A stretch of DNA of 64,000 nucleotides from Chrysomallon squamiferum (Eukaryota > Animalia > Mollusca). The stretch lies in contig CM022677.1 of assembly GCA_012295275.1 (NCBI GenBank), forward strand, positions 5,766,001-5,830,000, written 5' to 3'. Numbering within the stretch: the first letter of the stretch is position 1; every line of letters starts with the position of its first letter. Shown here one piece after another: positions 1 through 13,761 of the stretch. The translations under genes were made by a program, and so were the position numbers. The notes beneath the pieces are model-generated. The model did not search any database. It was not told the origin of the DNA and saw nothing but the letters and a program-made list of their open reading frames with translations.

Positions 1-97
1 CTGGACTCGTTCATAGCTGAATAGTTTTATGTTTGTATAAAACTATGAATTGTTTCAAAAGTGAAAAACAGTAAGTTCAAGAAAGAAACTTAGAGCA

Positions 98-222
<125 letters not shown>

Positions 223-843
223 GACAGAATGTTAGACAAAAACACAGAGAGGAGTGTATACTGTGTTTGTGTGACTATGTGTAGGTGTACGTTTTTTTTA
301 TTTATGTGTAAGGCTATTTGTCTGTGCCTGAGTGTGTGTATATGTTTTTGTGAATATATGTTTGTATGTTTGTAAACAACTTTATAGAACTGAATTCCAA
401 ACTTTTTATATTTTTATTTAATGGCCAGAATTATATGATACATTAAGTGATAATCGGAAATGAACACTCAGCGAGTAAATAATATGATTTAAACTGTGCC
501 TTGAGTGTTACATGTTACCCACTGAACAGTCAGGTTGTGAGATATATGTATGAACGTATGTGTGTATGTATGCATGCATGTATGTATGTATGTATGTATG
601 TATGTATGTATGTATGTATGTATATGTATGTATGACGTCAGTGCACCTCTGTTTCGTTATTATCTCAGTGTTAATCTGATCCAAACCAGGTTAAAGCGAT
701 ACAATCGAATGCAGAAACGTGTTGGATGACCGAATGCCAACAAAACAAAACAAAACAATAAAAGAAAATAATAATAATAGTAATAATAATAATAATAATA
801 ACAATAATAATGATGACGATTATGATGATGATAATGATGATGA

Positions 844-884
<41 letters not shown>

Positions 885-894
885 ATAATAATAA

Positions 895-933
<39 letters not shown>

Positions 934-1407
934 CAAGAGACAATAAAAAGGAAAAAAGAAGAAAAGTTTAGTTTTTTATACAGATTAACGTGGTATATAA
1001 CATAATTTGTTTTTTCCTCTTTTTTTTATCTCTCTCATTTTTTTTTTTTTTTTTTTTAATTCGGAGACCGTTTTTACTAATTTGATTTTTATGTATCTGA
1101 GAGTTTTGTCCTAACTTGCATTTCTGCTCGTGAATTTTGTCCGTCTGTGCATTTTTGGATTCGGGGACAGAGGGGCTTATTTCTTGAGGAGCTTATGTCC
1201 GTATTCCGTTTCTATTTCGTTCCTTTGGAAAGAAAAACAGTGGTCTTCCTTGTCCGATGTTTTTTATACTGACTGTTGATTCTTTATTTATTTCACAGTA
1301 TCAAAGTAATTATTTTATTTTATTTTATTGTATTTAATTTAAAATAACAAATATGTACAAACACAAAAAAAATACAAAATAGTGTTTTAACTATAAATCA
1401 GCATTAT

Positions 1408-1995
1408 CACGGGTTTGAAAGTCAAGTGTTATCTAGGGCCGCATGAGAAAATTTGTGTATGATCGGGGCCGGACCAACAGAACTAAGAAACAAAAAGTGT
1501 TTAATACACTGTACTATAATCAGTTTATATTTATTGCATCTGCAGTAGGCTTAATTTATAATGAAATTGAGAGGGAAAAATACAATTTTAAACGACAGTA
1601 TATACTTTGCAGTTTGCAGCAGCAATACAGATATTGTATAAAAGTTACACCAGTTCAAAACTTAACATTTATTCAATCATTTTTATTGTTTTGTCTTAAG
1701 GCTTGACACCTCTTCTTGTTGACGAATTTTGGAATATCTGTGCAGTTCTGACTTTGATCAGAAATTACAAGTGTTGATCAGTCATTCTTCTTCTCTGAGA
1801 AGTTTTTGTTGATTTCGTGAAGGAAAATAATGTTCATCAACCAAAAAACAACACATTGCCATAATCTTCGTTGCAAACTTTCTTGTGTCTCTAAACTTCT
1901 CAGGAAGGTAGGAAAAGAAACCAGTATCCCCACTTCAAGATAATTTACTCCAACTCTTATTTATAAATTTAGTATTTGTTTCTTATTGGCAATTC
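1408..1995 (-). mobile_element. hAT (Buster/Charlie, GTF2IRD2-like) DNA transposon 3' relic with degraded transposase C-terminus
   Basis: Minus-strand translation of about 1688-1940, with frameshifts, gives GFFSYLPEKFRDTRKFATKIMAM...KTSQRRRMTDQHL*FLIKVRTAQ...KFVNKKRCQ. This resembles the hAT dimerisation-domain end (FY.YLP..YP.LR..A.RI.SMFGST...K...RSRLTD.HL...L...KKRCQ). A degenerate Charlie-type terminus CACGGGTTTGAAAGTCA...AGGGCCGCATG...GGGCCGGACCA lies at 1408-1476. Confidence 0.75.
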
Positions 1996-2014
1996 TTTCT
2001 TTTTATTTAGTTAT

Positions 2015-4452
2015 TTTGTCTTAAAATTTTGGATAAGCAACAGGAGTTCTTTCATATTGAAAATAATTAAATAAAAATGTGTTCCTTGACAATATTAATT
2101 TAAGAAGCAAGGTAAATGAGTGTGTAAGTTTTTTCTTTTTCTTCTGTTGACAGGACAGAAGAGTTGTATGGTCAGCGACAGAAAACTGGTTTACATAAAA
2201 CAACTTACATCTAAATATGGGTTAAACTGAATTGTAAGTAAGTAAATGTTCTGTTTGATTACTTACATTTACACACAAACAAAAGCAAAAACATTCACGA
2301 ACACATTTCAAATTCAAGTGTAATACATGATTGTGAGTAAAAATATTATAAGTGTACAGTAGAAGACTGCTAAAAATTTAGTTGTCAAAACTAGACAGAA
2401 GCTGGGTCCAGGTTTTAGTAAAACATAAGTTTTCAGTCTTCATTCTTGTTGTAGTTTGTTACTTAATATTCTTTCTTTAACAGTTTTTAGCCTTTACATA
2501 AAATATATAATTGACTTCAGGAAGCACATGCCTTATCTACCTCTGATATCAGAAACAATTAATATTAAATAAAATGAATTTTTACCTTAGATATTTATTT
2601 ATTTACATTTCAAAACTAAAGTAACAAAACTTACTGGATAGTTTTTAATTCGAAATTGAAAATAAGGATGTATGTTTTCAGTCTCTGAAGATTTTTAACT
2701 TCAATTTCTTCACAGATTTAAACAGTTTTCAGCAAGTATTACATAATCAAGTAACCCCAGATAGGTAACACTAACTTTCATCCAAACATTTTGAAACATT
2801 AATCAAGTATTTTTGAGTCACTTTGTCTTCACATTGACTAGCGAAGAAAATGTTTGTTTCAAGTGGAGCTGTGTGTTTGTGTATATACATCTTCAATCTG
2901 TCATAAATTGTTATATTTACTCTAGAATGATTTTTACTCAGTAAACTATTAAACTATTTATAAGCGTAACACTATTACTATTGCTTTCAAAATAAATTTA
3001 CATTTAATGTTTAAGTGAACAAATATGTGTCCAAACATGATCATAAGTTATTATAATTACTCTAGATAATGTTTAACTACATGAACTAACTTTAAAATAT
3101 TTTTATATACTTATTATTTTATCAAATACAGGTATATATAGTGTGGAAAAAATCTTTAAAAAATAAAGAGTTAATAAAGAAAGTCTTTGTAAATAGTATG
3201 ATCATCACTGATTGCTGTTCTGTTTATAGATGTCAAGAGCTAATGTGTTGGTGCTATTCGAATGGAGAATGAAGCAGATTACTGAAAGCTGAAGTCTTCA
3301 AATTATCAGAGTCTGTTTATACGAGCAGACACAAAAGAGAAGAATAATCATACAGTATTTATTTAACAGATATAACAGTCTTGTCATCCTTATGTGAAGT
3401 ATTACACATGTTCATACGGATTTATTCCAAAAATATAATTTCGAGATCGTCTTATGGTACTAAATAAGTAAATATATTATGAAATACTGTAACCACTAAA
3501 TTGAACACAAATTCATATGTGTAGACATAAATAAGAAAAAGAAACCGAGGAGAATACAGGAGAATAATAATATAATATACACCTGAAGAAATGTTAAGCA
3601 CCCCGGTATTTGATATAGGATATTGTTCTTTTTTTTGGACAAAACTATTTTCACATAATTACCAAGTACTATTTCACACTAAAATCATCATTCCAAAGTA
3701 AGGAGGTCGAGAGTTCATGAAATAGTTTATGAAAGCTGCTTCAAATAAAATATTATTTTGAGACTCCATATTACACTTGTTGCTAACGGGTTCAATCACA
3801 AGTAAACATTCAGTTGCCTCCAACATCCAACTCATCTCTCCACATAAATGTTGGGTTTGTTAAATTGGAAATTGCTCTCATTTCCTGTGCTAAGCGGATT
3901 CCACTTCCACTGTGTATATAAAATGTGCTCATGTAGATTGAAAACTAGATTCATGACTGGCCAAGGCAGAAGTGTTAAAGCTTTGTTTTGTGTGTAGCCC
4001 ATTTGAGGTCACTAATGGACTGACATCTGTAATTGTAGAACATCTGATGTCCTTTAGATTTGACATGCTGAATGTATTCTAATTTTCTAGCCTCTTTTTT
4101 TTTTGTTTCTCTTGTCCACCACTCTGCCAAGTTGACTGAATGATTGAGCTGTGAAAGAGTCAGAAATATACATCTGATATGTGAGTATACTGCAGCTTAA
4201 GAAAAGCATGGAGACATGATACGCTGACCTGTCACAGTGAAAGCAGTTGTAACTGTCATTCAGAAACATGGAACATCATTCTGTTGTTAAACATCACAAA
4301 GTTGTAATTACTTGTCACATGTTGTCACTCATTATCTCAGTGTTTAACTTTTCTCCAGGTGTATATTTGTGACATTTAATTTCTTTCATTTACTTCACAT
4401 AATTTACTACAGAGAGAGTGTAACAAAACTATTCAGATATTATCTATGCATT
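2015..4452 (+). repeat. Old duplicated segment X, copy 1 (inverted paralog of 20938-23323)
   Basis: Colinear reverse-complement matches throughout, e.g. TTCTGTTGACAGGA..GAAGAGTTGTATGGTCAG, CAGATTACTGAAAGCTGAA and CTATTCAGATATTATCTAT. About 75-80% identity by eye. Confidence 0.9.
3580..4361 (-). mobile_element. Internally deleted Tc1-type element with TIRs and TA flanks
   Basis: Left end TA|CACCTGAAGAAATGTTAAGCAC and right end GTGTTTAACTTTTCTCCAGGTG|TA are inverted repeats. The minus strand gives LLPWPVMNLVFNLHEHI, a decayed Tc1 WP..SPDLNPIEH motif. Confidence 0.85.
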
Positions 4453-4499
4453 TATTAAGTTTATATAATTTAATGCAATTGAAAAGTCCAATAATATAA

Positions 4500-4915
4500 T
4501 TTAGTTGTTACTAATTATTACGATAATTACTATATTACTACATTTGACATAACTAAGATATAACTAGAAAAATTAATGTAATTATTATACTTAATACAAA
4601 ACAAAAATGTTATTATATATAACTGTTGTGATAATTATTACATTTAGTACAAAACTAATGTATAAGTTAATATTACTCTTCTAATAGTAATTATATTTAG
4701 AATAAAACTAAAGTAAATCTAGTGTGACTATTGTGATAATTATTTTATAGACATGACGTAATATTGCTATTTAGAAAATATCCTACAAATGGCTTGTGAT
4801 AATTATCAGTTAATTTGTAAAAAATGTTTTGAATGAACTGTTTCTAATATGATGTAAGAGTAGTTAATTACAACATGTTGAATTTTTACATTGGTAAGGT
4901 TGTGATAATTATGTT
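4500..4915. repeat. Degenerate AT-rich repeat with recurring TTGTGATAATTAT
   Basis: Motif recurs at about 4626, 4731, 4794 and 4900, with a weaker copy near 4505. Confidence 0.5.
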
Positions 4916-5126
4916 TTCATGATTAATTTACAAAATGCATTATTAATGCAGTCTGTCCTAACAATAGTTCTGAATACAACAATACAATTATTTATTTTAA
5001 AAATTGTTAGCTAATTATGCAATCAAATATAACAAGTGTGTATTTTCAAACTAAACCAGATCAAAATGTTTTAATTGTTAATTTATTAGGAATACCAAGC
5101 AAAAAACGGTCACATATCAAAGCAAA

Positions 5127-5157
<31 letters not shown>

Positions 5158-5344
5158 ATAGTTATTAAAGATATGAATAATTTTTCTTTTGTGGTAAACA
5201 TAATAATTACATTAGTTATTCTTAATAATATCTTAGTTATGTCAACTGCAGTAAATATAATAATTATCAAAACTACTGCTGTTGTGTGTTATTACTGTTC
5301 TTACTTACGTACTCTTCTTCTTCTTCTTCTTCTTCTTCTTCTTC

Positions 5345-5402
<58 letters not shown>

Positions 5403-7550
5403 TTCTCTGCACTGTACTTCTGTGTTTGCAACTGATAATAATGACAGAAATATTGGCTTATTTAATCAGGTTGAATTATATTAATAATTTATATTAGAAT
5501 GAAAATCTAGATACAAGTGATAATACTTATAATTGGTGTGTGTATGTATGTTTGTATGTATTGTGTTTGTGGGTGCATGTGCATGATTCTATGTTCCTCA
5601 TGTCACAGTGAATCACAGAAAAGTACTAATAACTACCGTGATGTCTATACTGTTATTTATTAAACAGGTAGAAGAAAGGAAACTGTCCTAGGCGTGGTCA
5701 TCCATAGTGAGGAGTAATTGCGGGCACGCTTGTTTCGATTTATAAGTTTATAACGATCGTTTACCTTCGAATACAGTTTGTCACCCACTAACGTGTCACC
5801 GAGTCCAAATTTTCTAGTCTCAGTCATCTTTGGCCTCAAACATTTTCTGCGTTTCAGAAACTAGCGACGAAACTCTTCACTGACACCAAAACGAGTCTTT
5901 CAGAACTTTAGAGTTTCTTCTGACAGTTTCTCTGTCTTTCAAATTTATAAACAATTGGGTGTGGTCTCCTGGAGTTTCCTACTTTCCGCGAGACGGTGCA
6001 CAGGATCAAGTGTAAAACTATTTTCAATTTTTCATTTATTTTTCATTAAGAAATTTATTTAATATTTGTTCTATATCCTCGTAGTCTGTTTCTAGAATCA
6101 GTTTAAAACATTATCATACAGATCTTCATAATAACTAAAAAATTGTTGTGAATTACAATTAAGACAACAAACTATTTGCATTCTTCAACAACAGCATAAA
6201 AAAATTCATATGTGGTGACAAGTTAAAAATAATATTATTTATATTTAAAAAGTAAAACATTTTGAAAACAGTAAACAACAGATGTTAATTTCTTAAATGC
6301 TGTGATACAGAGTCTAGCAGTCAGTGTCTATGACTAAACAAGAGCAGAGAAAAGAGGTGTTACACTTTTCATTACAACAGACAACAAAAACAGTTCTGTT
6401 TTACATCTAGCAGCTTTTTGTGGAAACTTAAAACTTCTTCGAGCTTTCTTTATAAAGGGTTTGTTGTAAATAGTATTAATTTCAGTGCTTAAATTCCTCT
6501 TGATAAAGTTTGAATAATAGATTAAAATGTTTATTAAAAACTATTTAGAGGACTGTATTGGAATGATTGTTTTGTATAAATGCGTTGTTTCTTTTGCTTC
6601 TAATGATGTGTATTTCATTTGTTCTCATTCTAAACACGATGTTATTATCTATTAAACATCGTTGATGTAGTCCAACCCGCTGTCCCGCTCTATTGCTTTC
6701 TGACTTCGTATTGAAACCAGTTTTCAGAAACATGATATATTTAGAATATTCAGTGACGTCACAGGGTAACAAGAGTAACACACTGTATTGAAATAAACGG
6801 GTGACCTAGAACGAACTGCAGTTAGAATTACACAGACAAGTTAAACATGAGATATCTGTGTGTTAGTCTTGTGACATTTATTCACATTTCAGGCACAAAA
6901 ATGTAACAGGATATAAAACAATAAAATAAAATAAAATAAAATAAAATAAGGTGAAGAGGGATGAAAGGTTTTAAAATAAAACTGTTTACGATAGTTATAA
7001 AAAGCATATTCAAGAGTTATATATATGTATATATATAGATAGATATATAAATATGCGTTGTGTATATGTGTTTGTGTATATATATATATATATATATTAA
7101 ATTATATATATAAAAGGACACTTGATGTTTAGTGCAATAAAATTCTCAAAAAACGAAGAATAACAACGTCATAGTTTCTGTTTCAGTCAGCTTGAAGACA
7201 CTCGCAGATATAAATGTTACAATTCAGTACATCTAGGACACTTCTTATAATTCTACTAAACGATATTACATTATATATATCCCGGATCTAAGATTTTGGG
7301 AAATTAGAACTAAATCAGGATAAATAAAATCACAACTGTTCAGCTTTCCGCCATTTCCCACTGAAAACCTTACCTCTAAATATTATTAAGTTATTGCGAG
7401 GCTACTGTACGATGACAGTAATCCTGTCTCTTCCCACTTTTCATGATGCTAAGAGTAAATTTTACAATTTCACCCATAACCATCCTAACCTGACAAACTT
7501 CACCAAACTTAGGCTGTATTTTTCTTCTGCATTTGTCTTTATAAATAAAA

Positions 7551-7581
<31 letters not shown>

Positions 7582-8504
7582 ATAGGAAAAGGAACAAAAG
7601 AAAAGAAGAAAAAAGATTCACATCAGTGAGTTACTAGGCCACGGCTTGCTCACCCCTGGACATTCCTTGCCTTACGGTGAAGACAACGAGGTAAATACAC
7701 TGTACCCGAAATAAACAAATTGCTTAGAACGGCCTAACCCATGATCACAAGAGATTTGCGTTTTACTGCTGTGAATTAAAGTTACCTATAGATAATTATA
7801 ATTTGAATAAAGGAGAAGAAACAAGGAAAGTAAAGAAATTACCGTTAATATGAAAGCTTTATTTATTATTATTGTTGTTGTTGTTGTTTCGTCGTCATCG
7901 TCGTCGTTATTATTATTTATTGTTTGTTGCTGTTTATTTTTTTATTTAGTTATTTATTTTTTCTGGTCCTTTAATAATGGAATTTATTCTCATTAATATT
8001 ATTTTGGGAAGGTCATGAAACATTTGCACTGTCATTAAATGAAAATTTCTATTATTTATTAAATTACATCCCTGCAATAAATTAAATCAATGGATAAATA
8101 CTACAATACAAATATTTTTGTAAAAGATTGAGAACACAATTTGCATAATTAAAACTCAGTAGCTTCAATCAGCAACGTCAATGTTACGTTAAGGTGAGAC
8201 CATTGTCACGTGATCTAAACAGTTGAAATACTTAACGTGAGTTTTGTCACGTAGGCACGAGTAAGCAAAGAAAAACTATTCCTTTTCAAGTGATTATTAT
8301 TTTCTTAATTAAAAAAGAAAACAAAAACAACAACAAACAAACAAAAAAAGGCCACTTTTTAAATAAATAAATGATTCAATGGTCAGTTTTTAAACTCTAA
8401 ATGTTATTGTCTTTTAAATAATTACGTTTAGAAAACAAAATTAATGGTATTTTACAGTCAGTTGCTCAGAAATACTACTACTACGAATAATGATGATGAT
8501 GATG

Positions 8505-8556
<52 letters not shown>

Positions 8557-8650
8557 TTTGGCTAGCGGGGTTTAGGATAAACCAGTTGCATAGTAAGTGT
8601 TTCCGATATAGTTTCTGTTTATTAACAGTTGTTGTTATTGTTATTGTTAC

Positions 8651-8717
<67 letters not shown>

Positions 8718-9033
8718 TTGCTGCTGTTGTTGGTGTTGGTGTTCTTGCTGGGTTTTTATTTTGTTTATTTTTTTAGTGTTTTTGGGGGGAGTTTTGGGTG
8801 CGGTTTATTGTGTTTAATAGCTCTGCAGATACTTTGACAGATCGCACGTTACTCGTGTTCACGGTTGAGTTGTTAAGAAGGAGAATTTGAAACGTGTAGT
8901 TATAATCATTGCTAGAGAATAGAGATATGTCGTTATAAGGGTACTTAAAATAATATTGTGACTGATATCGTCTATTTCTGTCTGTGAAACAGTAGGTTAG
9001 ATTTCAAACTTTAATATTAAACTACATTTCACC

Positions 9034-9088
<55 letters not shown>

Positions 9089-9358
9089 GTTGTTGTTGTT
9101 GTTTGTTTTTTGTTTTTTGTGGGTTTTTTTTACTCTGTTTAACCGTTCTACAGGTATTTAGGTCGCACGTTAATCGACTTTACGATTGACTTGTTAACAA
9201 GAAGAATTTGTAGTTACATTCATTGTTAGATACTTGAAAAATGTCGTAACACAGGTATTGATTTCACTGCCGTTTTGTGTTATCTGTCAAACAGTAGGTC
9301 AGGTTTCAAAATTTAATGTTAAAGTACAGTTCCACTTTTATTATTATTATTATTATTA

Positions 9359-9392
<34 letters not shown>

Positions 9393-9672
9393 TTTTATTA
9401 TTATTATTATTATATTTTTTACTGTGTATAAATATTCTGCTGGTTGTTAACTGTTTATTGATTAATTTTCACTCTGTTATTTATTTATTTTTTCTTTGAT
9501 GTTTTAGTGGACTATCTCATTTTCTAAAATAGAGTTTTCGCAAACATGTGTGCACAAACGCACATACATGTACAATCGTAAACATACGTATACACATGTA
9601 TAACAACTGCAGACAATATACACGTAGAAAACAGACGTTTCGTTCGGAATCTAAGAACACACACACACACAG

Positions 9673-9710
<38 letters not shown>

Positions 9711-10129
9711 TCAGCCACAGACACACACAGATATACACATAGTAGATAGCTCTATTGACAGCTAGTTAGAATGAAATGAAAAAGAGAAAAATAACAATAT
9801 AAAAACAATGAAGGTCAAGGTCCAGAATGATGTTAGGTCTCAATGGATGCTCTTCAGTTTATTTTATGAAGACAACGATAATAAAACCCGAAATTAGATA
9901 TTTGCCGTTGATTTAAAGTTATTTATAGATAATTGTAATATGAGAGAAAAAAAATGAGAAAGAAGATAAAAAATATAAAGAAATGAATGTTAATACGAAT
10001 GATTTTAAAATAGAATTTCTCATTACTTACCTAATTACTTACTCAGTTGTTAAAAATGAGAAAAGTAAGTTAATTTAAGTTATTAATCGATATTCTGGGG
10101 AACTTTGTAAACCACGATATTACAGTTTA

Positions 10130-10395
10130 GTACACGTAGTTGGTACCTTCCACCCACCCCCCACACTCTTTTCGTCTCTTTCTTACCCTGCATGCAAACC
10201 AGTTTCAAAAACATTGTAAAAGTCGTAACGATCTACCTGTACTCAAATAAATGGTTTACTTTAACTGTGACCTCAACGATAACAACAAACTGTGTGGGTT
10301 CTGAAAATTCTTTGTTGAAATTTGAAGCGAATCATCTGACGTCAGCTAGAAGAGAAATCACGCATGTGGCCTGTGCACGTGGTGTCACATGAATG
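10130..10395 (-). promoter_or_regulatory. Candidate regulatory island (E-box CACGTG, full CRE, GT/CACCC box, splice-donor-like CAGG|GTAAGA); copies at ~35545-35810 and ~56528-56785
   Basis: The motifs are seen directly and are retained in all three copies. Function is inference only. Confidence 0.3.
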
Positions 10396-11000
10396 ACAGT
10401 ATTGAAAAAGATCACCGACTGAAATAAATACAGGTACTCAGTTTTTTTGTCAGTCGTCAGTGTCCATAGTCAGAGGTCGTATTATTATGTACAGAATGTA
10501 AAACTTTCATTAAAACCAATAAAAACAACCAACGTGGTTACAGAACGAACTACTTAAACGTACATTGTCAAAATGACGAGAAATTTGCATATTAGCCCTG
10601 TAACTGTTATTCATCCTGTATGTAGAAATGTAAAATAATAAAATAAAATAAAATAAAATAAAATAAAATAAAATAAAATAAATAAATAAACAAATATATA
10701 AATATACAACAATAATTAAAATACAGAAATATCTCAGTGCGAGGAATTCCCTATTTTTATTTATTTATTTATTTATTTATTATCGAATTTTATTGTTGTT
10801 ATTATCTGGGGTATGCATTTATTTTTTTATTACGTATATGACAGATAACTACATATATTTATATGTAGATGTTTTATATATATATTTTGATCGATTTGCA
10901 TATTTGGGGTCGTCTTTGATCAGTTTATTAAAAATAAAAAATAAAAAATAAATTAATAAAAAATTACTACTACTACTAATAATAATAATGTAATAAATTA

Positions 11001-11066
<66 letters not shown>

Positions 11067-11297
11067 GATCTTGTGTTAAATGTTACAGAGGAAAAGTTAA
11101 CTTTTTATGGATATGTATGTATGTATGTATGAATGAATGAATGTATGTAACTTTTCACCTGCATTTAGCTTCAAGAAACTCATTATTTTATTTAACTCAT
11201 ACTATTATTATTATCATTGTTATATTTCTTAATATCATAATCACTGCACTTATTTTTGTTGTAGTTCTTCTTTCTCTTCTTATTATTAATACTTCTA

Positions 11298-11351
<54 letters not shown>

Positions 11352-11760
11352 TTTTTTTTATACTGTGTTTAGTTTTTGTATAGCTACACAGATCTCCCTT
11401 TCATCGTGTTCACGGTTGAGTTGTAAACAGTGAGAATTTGAAACCTGTGTATTTGTGCTCATTGTTAGAGATAGAAAAATGTCAAACTACACTTCATTAT
11501 TGTGGTTTTTCTTTTTATTATTATTATTAGATTTGTACTGTACGTAGCACATGTATAGATCGCACGTTGACCATGTTCACGGTTGAGCTGTTAACAATAA
11601 TTTGGACCCTTTGTAGTTACACTCACTGTTAGAAAATATGACCGATACTGCCTAGTTTTGTCTGTAAAACTGGATCAGATTTCAAACTTTAATGTCAAAT
11701 AACAGTTCAGTATTGTGGTTGTTGTTGTTGTTATTATTGTTGTTGTTGTTATAATTACTA

Positions 11761-11814
<54 letters not shown>

Positions 11815-13723
11815 ATCGAATTATATCTTTGCATATAGAATAATGATGATGATGATGGTGATGATGATGATAAGAAGAAGAAGAAAGACAAATGGCGCGA
11901 ATAAGAGAATCGTGGTCGAAGTATAAGTTAAGTTGTTGACGAATGAGCAATTTGTAAAAATAATAATATTTACTTTGTTCAGTTGTTTTAAAAAATAGTC
12001 AATGGAAGAATAAAATGTCTACGGAATTATTTGAAAATACAAATTTAAATTAATTGATTTCGTCAAATATTAATGCTGATGTAATTCAGTCTATTCGGGA
12101 AGCTGCACAAAATATAGAATTAGTATGATAAAAATATGTTCAGTGTTAATAAAATAACGTTAATTTCTATATACTGATTTGATTTAATTATAATCTAATA
12201 CTGAGTTGTAATTTAAAATAGCTAAAATGGCTATTCCTTGTTAGAATTATATTCATTAGTTGATTTTGTTCATGATATTTGTCTTTGATATTTGTCTGTT
12301 TTTGTAATTATTATTATTATTATTATTAAAGTGTTTAATATGGGGTTTCTTCTCGTTAGAACCATGTTTTGACAAGCGGCCATGAAAGATTCAAATTAGT
12401 TCACTGTCAAATTTCTTGTTTTCATTAAATGAAATTATTTATTAAGTTACAATGTTGGTATAAATTAATCAGCTTAATCAAAGACAAATTATACAATATC
12501 AACTGATTTGGTAAATGTTTGGGAATGAAACATTTATCATTAATACTCAGTTTTCTCTGTCGTTAGATTTTAAAATAAACAAGTCAGATGTACATTAAAA
12601 CGGTCACTACATGTACTCAACAACGGACGTTAAAACTATCACAGGCATAATCAAAGCAATCACCGAGAAAGATCTTCATTAGCCTTGATGAAGAAATTAA
12701 TAAAATTCCTGTTTAACGTAGTGTGAGTTGTGAAAATAAAATTAAAACTAAATAAAAAATGTCTGCCCTATCGTGCTGAATGTACAACATGCTGTAACAT
12801 GAATAATATGTACGGTTATACACACAGACAGATATTAAGTCATGCTACCTTCAATAATGATCTTATTTACTGGAACTAAATAAGTAAATAAAACAAGATT
12901 AGAACAAACACATGTTGACAGACAGTTTATTTGGTAGCAGATTTATATATATATATATATATATTTATTTAGTTAGTTAGTTAGTTAGTTTTTGCAGCGT
13001 TGTTTTAATAAGAACAAAAAAATAACAACATCGAATTTGATTTTCTGTTTCACGAGTCAGTTTGAAGAAAGTCGCCATCGACTGTCATATTTACAAAGGG
13101 ACGCAATCCGATTCCTGTGAAATTTGCTGCTACTCACGATGCTTGTATAATCGAGGCTACTGTAGCAGGCGCATGGTATGTACAATATAAATATATAATC
13201 TGTAGGTATATGTACACTATTTTGTATAAATATATTCATGTAAAGAAAATAATTCACAGAACAACCAGACAAAACTCGCCGGTAACAGATACTTTGATTT
13301 TATTTAATTGCAAAAAAATAAACTTGTTAATAGTTAATGCATTTGATGCAATCATTTATAGGAGTATTTTTGACAAACAAGTAATTTGAACATCAGAACC
13401 ATCCCTTTGTTTTACTTGCACCAGTTACGCCGATTCCCCCCATCCCTTTTGCAAAATCTGGCAAGACCACTGACTTAATGTGAATTTTGTCACGTAGACC
13501 CGAGTAAGCAAAGAATAGTATTCCTTTTCGAACGACTGTTATGTTCTTAATTAAAAGTAATAATAATAAAAAATTGAACTGTGAATGTTTTTGTTTTTGA
13601 AATAATTATAGTTTATTATAATTGTGTATGCTTATCATTTTTAAAATGATATCGTACAATACTACTACTACTACCAGTACTACCACTACTACTACTAGCA
13701 ATAATAATAATAATAATCATAAC

Positions 13724-13761
<38 letters not shown>

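Noticed and set aside
13400-13472. hAT-like terminus CAGTGGTCTTGCCAGATTTT (minus strand); similar isolated ends at ~7636-7659, ~1100-1205 and ~28565-28625
   Set aside because: No partner TIR or TSD was found, so they are too fragmentary to call.
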